64,000 nucleotides of DNA from Schizochytrium sp. TIO01 (taxonomy: Eukaryota > Protista > Bigyra: Labyrinthulomycetes), in the NCBI GenBank assembly GCA_004764695.1, contig SMSO01000006.1, forward strand, positions 1,503,859 to 1,567,858, written 5' to 3'. Below the pieces are notes generated by a model. The model ran no database searches. It had not been told where the DNA came from and saw nothing but the letters and a program-made list of their open reading frames with translations. Made by a program: the position numbers and the translations under genes. Positions within the stretch are counted from its first letter, which is position 1. Each line of letters begins with the position of its first letter. Shown piece by piece: positions 35,001 through 45,214 of this stretch.

Positions 35001-37986
35001 ACTTGCACGACCACTACGGAAATAACCTGCAAATTGTCAGAATCATATATATAACTAGTATCGCACACACAATCTGAAAACCAAACTTCAAAATGTCATA
35101 CGCCAGATGCAAGAAATCTGAGCAACGGAAAAATTCCAAAATAACGAGCGCAACATTTCTTGAGAGATAGTTTGAGGTATGGTAAATCGAATGAATTTTT
35201 CACATGAGTATTATAGCTTGTGATTTGGTCCATACTAGCAAACAACATCATTATAACCTTCTGTCTAAATAAAACATTGAAGCAGGTGAATTAATTAGAT
35301 GAGACCTTCCATTGCAGACGAACCAAAATGAGAAATGAGTTACAGGTTCTTGTCTTTCAAGGTTTTCATGTCAAAGATAAACCATTGATGGAACGTGGTG
35401 CGCATTGCCAAAAGTTTATGTTCTTGGAATTGGAACAATTAGTTAATGTCCATGCTGCTTATCAAGAAGAAATGAATTTTGGTCTACTTAAGATGACTGA
35501 GTCTTCAAGGATCAGAATGTGCGACTCATGGGTATAGTTTGATTGTATAATCTCTTTTGAAAGTCCATATTCAGGGTGTAGTCATTCCGAAACTAGTTTT
35601 GAGTTTGTCCATTACATCAAAAACTAAAGATGTCGGGTATTCTTTGAATCTCGGAGACACTTATTTAAGCAAAGGCAAAAGCTAAATCTCATGTTCCCTT
35701 AGTTTTGTTGGTAGATATTCTCAAGCTTCTTATTGCTGATACTCCTTATTGGACCTTTTCTCTTAAGCTGCTTTGTAAGTTCATCAAGTAATATTTGTTT
35801 GCAACAGTAGTGCAGTAGTACTAACAGTCCTCGACATTAGATGAAGGTATGTTTCGTTATCTGGTACTTGGTATGCAAAGTTATTGATCTTGCCCTAACC
35901 GTATATATTGTCAGGAAAGAGTTGTGTGTAAGGACTATTGAAATAAAAGTCGATTTCCAACTCTAGTGCAAATCCAAACATGTCATGCAACCCCTGCTCT
36001 TGTTGGGATAGCATATAGTGGAATTATCTCATCAGGAATTGACGATTTTATATCCTCCGTTTATGAGTAGCTTGGAGACCAATTGAAGAATAATCGTAAC
36101 AAGACAGTTTTCGAGCCCTCATTAAGTCGTCTCAAGGGTTATAAGAGTTGAAGATTCCTGCGATGATCTCCAATTGAAGAAATATAATAGACAAGACATT
36201 GCTCGAGATCGTCGCACCCCATCGTAAGCCCGCCACAATTTAGGACATACATAGGATCAGATCTCGACAGCCAGATGCGGCATTGTGAGCGCACGATAGC
36301 CGAGAACCTAAAGTGAACACAAGCTCTTACTAAAAGTAAGTATGTTGGAATTGGAATTGAATGTTAAAAGGTGAAGTTTACCTAACCTCTTTAATTGTGT
36401 CTACTACACATTAAGTCTATCTTAGTTCCTCGTGGTAAAATGAGTAGCATGTTCTGGAACTCATTTGCAGAGGCAATAGCTCACTAACGGTTAAAACCAA
36501 TATTTTTAACGCCTTCATCAAGACTCTGGCCTTCATCTTTACAGTTAACCTCTCTCTAGCTGACCATATTTATGTCAGCCAAACGAATAAACATAAGATT
36601 TGCAAAATCTGTAGAATACAAAGCAACTCTGAATTTTCAAGAAAATTCGAAGGAAATCACCAAATCGCCATCCTAGAGTCTTTCAATCATATATTCTTTC
36701 AAGTTTCTTTGGAGCCCTTGCGTTTTAACGTTTATTTTGGCCTTGCCTCTGGCTGCGTTGGATTTAAACTCCAAGCGTCAGCCCAAACCTAACAGAATCA
36801 GCAGGCAGAGGCAGCACTGATAAGGGCTGTATTCATATTTACGGAGGGTAGGTTAACTGCAATCTTAATCTCAGCTGCCTAGAAGCGATTTGCTTCAGGG
36901 CTGCATCCCCTGTAATAATGTATAGCATTTCAAATTATTGTACTATCGCAGTGAAGCGGGATTATGATGCCTCTGAACGTTTTTGTACTTAAGACGGTGC
37001 TCTGCGCCGCTTACAGTTTCTATGATAGGAGAACGAGCCTTCAAGGGGAAGTGTGAGGCAATTCTCCTTTAGCATATCAACGATTAAAGTTGCATGTAAG
37101 AAGTTATTTACACTTCTTCTTTTCCGCAACCTAAGATTTCGTTCTAACAAAGCATAATTTAACACCCCTTGAGCAAATTAAGTCGTTCAAGGCCTCTTCT
37201 GCTTCTCCCTTGGCTAATAGAAATTGGCTATGGCGGACAGTAGCTGTTAAACTCCCCTTACAGTTGTAGACCTATCGAAAACACTTGACACTTTAAACGA
37301 AATTATTGTTCAGGGACGCTTTACAAAACTACTACTAGTTAGTAGCTAGATGCTCTATGTACATGTGGGTGAGGGGATTAATTCAAGATGTCCACAGTTG
37401 TCTCACTTTCTCGTTTTGTTCGCAAACGTTCTTAACATCGAATATACACTGCCTCGTAGCTAGATATTGGGGTAGTGCTCATTGCTCTATGTGCACATCT
37501 TTGGTAAGAGCATGAAGAAAGAAGAGAGATCACGTTTCGTGTGGCTGCTTGCTAAAGAAGCTTTCAATGAAATCAGCAGACATTCACGTTTAGAATTACA
37601 AGAGTACATATACATAGAAAGACTAACTAATCATTCTTAAAATCTCGTTTAAAAGACAGACTAGGGATGGATACATTTGGACTTACAAGGACTGCGCACG
37701 TTAGTCACTCCAAAGCCAGTGGAGATTTTGCGTTGGTACATTTCCCACAGATGCGCAACGGGTTACAACTTGCCGATGCAATTTTGTGTTAATGCCATCG
37801 TTGAATTTTGCGTCTGAACAATCTGCTTGTCTAAGAGAGTTGCACTGTGACCATGGATTGGTGTAGATTGCAATAAAGGCGAGAGTGGAGAGGAACAAAG
37901 GGCAAATATGAATTTTCTAAATGCTGGTTAGTTGGAGGACTTGACAAAGGGGAAAACTAGTACACGTATATGCGTCATCAGGCATC

Positions 37987-38709
37987 TTACTTCTTGGCAG
38001 GGGGCACCTCGTGGAGACCACAGACCAGGTTGGCCGGAAGAGACTCATCAATCTTTGTCGGGTAAGGAAGGTTGAGGTTGTTCATGATGTCAATAAACTC
38101 GTCCAACGACTTAGTGAGGCGAGGGTTGAACTTCTTCTCCTCGGCCACGGTACTGTTGAGGCGGCCACGGTAGTCATGGGCGGGGTAGATGATGGTGTCA
38201 TCCGGCAAAGTGAAAATCTTCTTGTGGACGTTCTCGTACATGGACTTTGAGTCACCCTGCTGGAAGTCAGTGCGACCGCAGCCCCGAATGAGAACGGTGT
38301 CACCAGTGAAGGCCATGGTCTTGCCATCATCGTGAACGATCAATGTGTGGCAGCCGTTGGTGTGGCCAGGGGTAGAGAGGAACTCGATCTTGACGGTCTC
38401 ACCGACATCGAGAACATCGCCCTCAGCGAGGCGGATATCAGCCATGGCCTCCTCGTTACCTTCCTCACCAAGGACACTCTTAACGCCCGGAATCAGCTTC
38501 TTGAGGGCCTTGTTGCCAAAGATGTGGTCAGCGTGCACGTGGGTGTTGACGGCATACTTGAGGTTCAGGTCGAGCTCCTCGAGCATTTGGGCATCGCGAT
38601 CGACCAGCTCAAGAACCGGATCAATCAAAGCGGCCTCACGGGTCTTCTCGCAGCCGAGGATGTAGGTGTAAGTGCAGGACTCACGGTCAAAGAGCTGTCT
38701 GAAAATCAT
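37987..38709 (-). CDS. ETHE1: Persulfide dioxygenase (ETHE1-type metallo-beta-lactamase fold)
   Basis: MIFRQLFDRESCTYTYILG, ALIDPVLE, NTHVHADH, TPGHT, AFTGD, RGCGRTDFQQG, PAHDY, NPRL and C-terminal PANLVCG are ETHE1 signatures. First ATG is at 38709; the track start at 38745 is a TTG. Confidence 0.93.
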   Translation of the reverse strand: MIFRQLFDRESCTYTYILGCEKTREAALIDPVLELVDRDAQMLEELDLNLKYAVNTHVHADHIFGNKALKKLIPGVKSVLGEEGNEEAMADIRLAEGDVLDVGETVKIEFLSTPGHTNGCHTLIVHDDGKTMAFTGDTVLIRGCGRTDFQQGDSKSMYENVHKKIFTLPDDTIIYPAHDYRGRLNSTVAEEKKFNPRLTKSLDEFIDIMNNLNLPYPTKIDESLPANLVCGLHEVPPAKK

Positions 38710-38755
38710 TCTTGTTCTTAGGCTTGCCCTCAGTCTTCTTCTCAACTCAACGCTA

Positions 38756-38793
38756 GCTGTTTGCTGTTTGCTGTTTGCTGTTTGCTGTTTGCT
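38756..38793. repeat. (GCTGTTT)n heptamer repeat in the ETHE1 5' region
   Basis: Five tandem units read directly. Confidence 0.9.
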
Positions 38794-39335
38794 TTCGGAT
38801 TCTTCGAATTCGAGTTCTGGTTTTGCTTCTCGCCGGCATCACCATCCTCGCCCATCGAAGCTGCATATCCTTTTAAAATGCCAAATAAAATGTCCACTCC
38901 TAAAGAATTCAACAAAATCCTGCGTTTGCTTGCTTCCAAAACCCATTGCCCTCCGCACAGCTACCGCTTACTCTACCAATCCGCTAGGAATCCAGCGGCA
39001 ATGACTCTTTCAACTTCCTTTTCTTTTCAACTTGAAAGAGTAAACTAAAATAAAACCAGCGAGTGCTTGCTTACCCTGCGTGCTTTTCCCAATCAATTCA
39101 TACATCGCGAAGATTGTATCCAAGATCAAAGTAGCCTCGGGCGGGCAGGCTTCGGCGAATACATACAACCTGCACACAAACCAATCTTTCTCGAATACCG
39201 CTGCACGCGCAAGGCCTCCCGACTCTCTCTTGTATTGTAACTCGGGTTGGCTTAGCTGCTCAAGCTTGTTTCTTTTTCAACCCCATAAAACGATACTACT
39301 GCTGATCGTCGTTTAAGTTATCAAGTTGTCAAGTT

Positions 39336-39434
39336 ATCGATCAATCGATCAATCAATCAATCGATCAATCAATCGATCAATCCATCGATCAATCCATCGA
39401 TCAATCCATCGATCAATCCATCGATCAATCAATC

Positions 39435-39506
<72 letters not shown>

Positions 39507-39516
39507 ATCAATCAAT
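39336..39516. repeat. Compound (ATCA/ATCG/ATCC)n microsatellite
   Basis: About 45 tetramer units, including a 12-nt ATCGATCAATCC higher-order repeat. Confidence 0.92.
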
Positions 39517-39788
39517 AAAAAACCTTTGTCGTCGCGGAGTTTTTTCCTCGGCCCAAGGGAGGCCTCCACAGCGGTAAAACGCAAAGGTCCGGTGCCCCTT
39601 TCCCAAAATAATACACCGGCTTTTTAACATATGCACTCCCTCCGCAGCCCCCCTTTTATATCTAAGAAACGTGCAACTAAGCAGCCCTATAGGAACGGTG
39701 TATCCTTCCTTTGGAGGCTCCGGAAGGCGCCGGCGGGTAGGCTCGCGAGCCGGGCAGAAGCCGACGGCCTCGTGTGAAAAGAAGAACT

Positions 39789-39789
<1 letters not shown>

Positions 39790-39847
<58 letters not shown>

Positions 39848-39898
39848 AAGAAGAAATAATAGTCCTCATAATTAAAATAATAATAATAAGAAGAAGAT
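39790..39898. repeat. Compound (AAT)n(AAG)n microsatellite
   Basis: Read directly; a shorter AAT/AAG block follows the first. Confidence 0.9.
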
Positions 39899-40069
39899 CG
39901 ATTGTTCACGAAGCGGGGCCCAGGCACGGAAGAATGCGGCCTCTTGAAACTCTGCGCAGCCTCAGCCACCGGTCGCAGGCCTCCCCCGGGTCCTTGGGCC
40001 GGGGTTTTCTTTCCAGCAATGCTGCGGCTTCGAGCTCAGTTTCGTTTACTTATTCGTTGGTCAAGTGGT

Positions 40070-40098
40070 TGGTTGATTGATTGATTGATTGATTGATT
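40070..40098. repeat. (TTGA)n microsatellite
   Basis: Read directly; it is the reverse complement of the (TCAA)n tract at 39.4-39.5 kb. Confidence 0.85.
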
Positions 40099-41079
40099 AT
40101 TTATTGGTTTATTTCAAGGTTCGAAGGTTTATTCGTTTTCTCTTAAAAGTACTCTGCTGTTCATAGAGGGAGTACACAAGTCGGCCCCCGGCGGGTGTGC
40201 TAGGGTTTAGGGTAGGAGGCCGGGCTGCTGATAGATAGTGGTACTACTGCTAGGTAGGGTAAAAAGGAAAGGATGCTCGCGTTGGAAAACTGCGACGAAT
40301 GAGCACAAATTGAAGCTTTGGGTATTTGAAGGCGAAGATAATTGCTGTAGATTCGAGTTCTTCTGTGAAGAGAGGTTCAATTGGCCGTTTTTTTTTGTGC
40401 GGGGAGTAGAGTGTTGTTAATCTTCGAAGAAAATGCAAAGGCTTTTGCGCGGCGAAAAAAAAGATAGCAATTATTCCGCAGCGGAGTGGGGGCCTACGGA
40501 ATAGCATAGGAGGGCAGTAAGACCCGCGATAGTCTTCACTGCTACGAACTTAAAACTCACAGAAAGAGACCAAAAAAAAACAGCAGGAAAAGATAAAAGA
40601 GAAGCCAGTAATACCATTAGGCCCTGAGTAGATAGGTCGTACAGTACAGTACAGTACATTTTTTTTCTTTTAAAATTAAAAATTCGTGTTTTTCTTTCAA
40701 GTAAAAGGAGTCCATCAATGACTCAGTTCCTTTGATTCGCTTCTGCAAAATCTTGACAGAATTGGGTTTGCAAAGGCCCTCGGTGGGCGAAACGAAACTA
40801 AACGAACGTCTAGCTGAGAAGCTGCGTGCGAGCCTGTGCTCAGGAGGAAAACGAGGCTGGAGGCCGGTGCCTGAAGCGCTTCGGAGGCGGCCTGCGGGAG
40901 GGGCAAATCCATTTCCACGCCAGAACTTTGGATGCATTGGAGATTGACCCGGCCTGGTTCTCAGTGACCGTGAGAGAGACAGCACTTTTCATTATTCTTT
41001 CTCTGAAAGTTTTCACACTGTTGTTATTATTATTGTTATTGTTATTTTATTTATATTGTGATTATCCTTATCATTCATA

Positions 41080-41142
41080 ATTCACTCATTCATTCATTCA
41101 TTCATTCATTCATTCATTCATTTATTCATTTATTCATTTATT
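41080..41142. repeat. (CATT/TATT)n microsatellite
   Basis: Read directly. Confidence 0.88.
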
Positions 41143-44026
41143 TATAGAATCGTCAATTGATGGAATCGATCGATCTTACGAGTTTTATAGAATTTGGAGC
41201 TCTGGCCAATGGTCCAATGGTCCGGGGTTTATCAAGCGCGAGGGTCACCACGTTTGGGTCTGGGAGCCCTTGGACGCGGCCGGGTTTTTGAAGAGTCACC
41301 GATACCGCTCGAGAGGAAGAACGAAACTCGAACGGGCTCTCACCGCGGCGGATCTTCTTACTTGGATGGAAAGCTGATGAGAACTGGGCACGGAAGGACT
41401 GCGCAGACAGAAAGAAGTCAAAAGCTAAGGCTTCTTCGACGAAGGGGGATGGTTGGGACCAAGAGGGACCTGGGCATCTTGCGATGAAGCGAGCTTGGCG
41501 CTGGCCGGGCGACCGGCTGCGGAGTTAATGGAGAGCTTGAAGGAGACGCAGTGCTTTGCAAGTGCAGCAGCGATCTCATGATTGATTGATGACCTATTTA
41601 TTAGGTACTACCTGCGTAGGTACCGAAAGAACTCACGGTCAGGCGCCAGGATTCCGGACAGATCGAGCGGCGAAAAGGCCGCGGGGAGGCAGCGTCCCTT
41701 GGACACAGACACCTTCAGCGTCCTCAAGTGCCGACTTTTGCACATGGAGAGCTCCAAGAAGAAGCGCTCAGGCCCGAGGCGAACTTGAAGTTGGGCTTGA
41801 AGTTGAAGTTGAAGTTGAAGTTGATCGTGAAGATGATGTTGTTATCAGTGACCACATCTCTCGTGCAGAAGCCGAAGCAGCTGGGAGAGGGCACAGAGCT
41901 CTGGAGCAGCTCAGATGGCGAGGGACCAGGCAGACCAAGAAGGCAATGTCCCGTGGAACTTCTGTGGCCCGCCGCGTAGCTCAGGCTGGGCCCGGTTCAA
42001 GGCGTCCGTCGCCTCTTGATGGACCGTGACATCACCAAAAAATATTGATGCCGATTCAAAGCCACGTCAAAAAATCAGTCCTCATCGAGTTGAGTAGACT
42101 TGGAGAATGGAGCTCGGGACAAGCTCAACCTGAGCTTGACACGCACCCATGAGGAGCCGCAGCTGAAGAGCGGGGCTAGAGACTCTGCGGCGGCGGTGAA
42201 CTTGGTTGGTTACACATGCAAAAGACGGACCAGGCAGCAAGAAAAGCACTTTTTGCGGGGTGGCTTGCTACCTCGGAACCGGAGCCCACTTGGGCAAGCC
42301 GGGTGTCGCAGATTTGCAATAGTTCACGTCTCTGGGCGGCCGACTGGCATTGGAGGCAGCGCCACCAGCGTCTTGAAGTTGGTTGAAACTGCTGCACTTT
42401 TCTTGTAGAGCCGCCTTCATCAATACTTAAGGAAAGACTACCCTACCTGTGAAAGACATTTTCTGTGGTATTGGGTCTTACAAAGTGAAGTGGGGACAAA
42501 GGGGCATGATACACAATGGCGAGTGAAACGGGCTCTTCACAGCTTATTACTTATAAGTAGTTTGAAGAATTCCTGCCAGCTCTTGCACCTAGCTAGATAG
42601 TACACATGATGCGGATGCGTATCTGTTAAGAAAAGTGGGCAGGCAGCAAGAAGATCTGGGCCGCTCGCGAGCAGGTTACGCACGAGCGATTAGCTCCTGA
42701 TGAACAAGCTCAGAACAGCAAGTGGGTGAACAATCGCATGAAAGTAGCATCTTGAAACTTTCTTTTGTGTACATTTTTTTTACAGGAGCAAATATATTTA
42801 AGTAGAACCAAGAACCCACATTTGAGGAACCTGAGGATAATACGTTGGGGTATCCGTTAAAGCCAAGTGCCACTGTGGCAAGTTCTGCGGTCCGGTTCCG
42901 CGGTTCGCATTCAGTATCACGAATAGTGCCAAGCGCTCTGGCCTTACGACTGAGTGCGGTAGCAGGGAGCGGGAAGCATTCCACATGCAAAATAGGGAAG
43001 ACGCGACATCGCAAATCTGTATTCCTAATACAAGCCCGAGGTAGCTTCACAAATTTACATGCTTTGAAGTGACATACAATTGAGGAAACAATTCAGCAAT
43101 TCCAAAGGGAGCTGATGACATTCATGTATCGTTACTCCTCTTACAATTCGCTAAATAAATATATCATAATTGATTAAAACCGACAAATATCAAATCTAGT
43201 GAGAAAAAGTGGGAGGCGAGGTGAACCGTTTAACGGCACCTCTGCAACACCAAACTTGAAAACTGAATTATAAAGGCAGCGCAGGTCCCTAAGCAACCAA
43301 CGAACCTTTTTAGTCTGATCTAATAGTAAAGATATCCAGGAAAAGTTCGCATCTCTCTGATGTGGTGGTTCATTTGATAGAGAGCTCGTGGAGGAGCCTT
43401 GCTCATTCCTTCAAGTTGCTGACGCAAGGAACCACGCTGTGATGCAAATCCCCGAACTCAAATGCCCAGCCACGCCCCCAACAACGATTGAATTTCATTC
43501 TGCAATTCCTCAGTTTCCACCCTTTCTTACTCGCATCATCATTTTGGCAGTCGTCACAAGATCTTGGCACAGCCCTGCGCTCGTTCCTTTACCATTTCAT
43601 GCAAGACATCATCCACAACACCTTGAAACTAAGATCATCGGCCCAATGAACGAATAATCTTCCTCGCGTCCCGAGTTGCGCAGTCCTCATAATTTATGGG
43701 TACCCCATCCCCATACACACCTTTGGTTCGCACACTGTTGCTCTCGCTTCACCGGGGACTCCTCTAGGGCTAGGGTTGGGGTAATCTCGGGGCACCGCAG
43801 AGTGTGGTAATGCGGGGAACAAGGTGAATGGAGGGCAATGGAGGAGGAAAAAGAGAAGAAGAGAAGGCAGAGCAATTTGATAGGGGCAAAGAGGGAGGGA
43901 ACGGGGGGAACTTTGCGGAGGGGCGAATGTATGGTATCTGGGCGACGAGGTGAAAAGCACCAAATCGATTATCGACGCAGAAAACTCGTGCAAGAGTCCT
44001 TCTTCGACGTCAAGACTTTCATCACA

Positions 44027-45214
44027 ATGGCCCCTGTACGTGAAGCCTGCAAGCGAGCTTGTTCGCTTTGAGAATTGGAGTGCACGCGGATGCGCGGAGT
44101 GAGCTGCATCCTTCAGGACGTGGATGATGCTACTGCTCAGGATGATGATGTGACCCTCGACACTCACTGGTGAGCAGAGGCCAGGTGGGCAGGAGGGTTG
44201 AAGGGCGAAGCATTGAGCTTTGTGGAGGTACATGAAGTAAACTGTTGCGTCACGAACTCGTCTGCTCGTCAGCATGATCCTGATGAGAAGCTGGCTTCGC
44301 AAGCATCTAGGAGCTAGTGATAGGCCAGTCCACCTGGCACCCTACATCTGATTTGATCATTAGTAAGGGTTGACGGGTGGATGATCTTGATCACTCTACA
44401 TTTGATTCCTAGATGAGCACGAGCTTACATGCATCTTAGACTGTTGCTGCACCGAGTGTGGGAGCCTCGTCATTCACGTTCTTCGTGTGCTCTGATCTGC
44501 TAAACTGTTCCAATGAGGTTTGGTGTTTATACTAACATTGCCTTTGCTTTAATTGACTATGAGCTGTTCACAGAAGTCGTCCACCACCAAGTATGTGCTT
44601 GACTGCACCATCCCGGTCAACGACAAGGTTCTTGACCTCGCCTCCTTCGTAAGTTGAAATGAAATTGTCAATCCCTTCCTTTGACCGTTCGCGGCAAGCG
44701 CAGGGTGCGACAAACTTTCGCATGCAAATGAATGAAAGTATTCTTTGCACGGCGAGAGGACGTGTGGGCAAAATCCATTTTGGAGACGAACTGGTAGCAC
44801 GCTGATATCCCAAGCCCGACAAAAAACACATTCTTCATGTAGTCGGCAGGGATGGACGGCGCTTGAGCTCGAGGTTGGCTGAAAACGCGTCCCTCGCTGT
44901 GCAAGATGCACAAGCGCACAGAAGTCCTGACATCACTCCATTCGACTCTACAGGTCAAGTTCCTCCAGGACCGCATCAAGGTCAACGGCGGCAAGGCTGG
45001 TGTTCTCGGTGACCTCGTCAAGGTCGAGACTGAGGCCGCTGGCACCAAGGTTGCCGTCACCTCCACCATCCCCATGAGCAAGCGCTACCTTAAGTACCTC
45101 ACCAAGAAGTACCTTAAGAAGCAGTCTCTCCGTGACTACATCCGTATTGTTGCCTCCGACAAAAAGAGCTTCAAGCTCAGCTACTACCCGGTTGACGCCG
45201 CTGATGAGGAGTAA
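44027..45214 (+). CDS. RPL22: 60S ribosomal protein L22 (eL22); exons 44027-44035, 44574-44648, 44954-45214
   Basis: Spliced translation MAP|[25 protein letters not shown]|[20 protein letters not shown]...[29 protein letters not shown] is typical eL22. Both introns are phase 0: GTACGT...TACTAAC(44530-44536)...CAG and GTAAGT...CCTGAC...CAG. The 9-nt first exon is the least certain part. Confidence 0.93.

Noticed and set aside
5500-36400. Apparently frequent TAGGTA/TACCTA hexamer in spacers
   Set aside because: A rough count is close to that expected for a 6-mer in AT-rich DNA of this length.
40900-40970. Minus-strand CTGAGA...TGGCGTGGAAA resembling a TPP riboswitch
   Set aside because: Lacks the conserved CUGAU junction and P4/P5 pairing; no thiamine gene nearby.
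41194-42408. GC-rich short ORFs (83-147 aa) between ETHE1 and RPL22
   Set aside because: Overlapping frames, low-complexity (TTGAAG)n content, no domain or codon-bias support.
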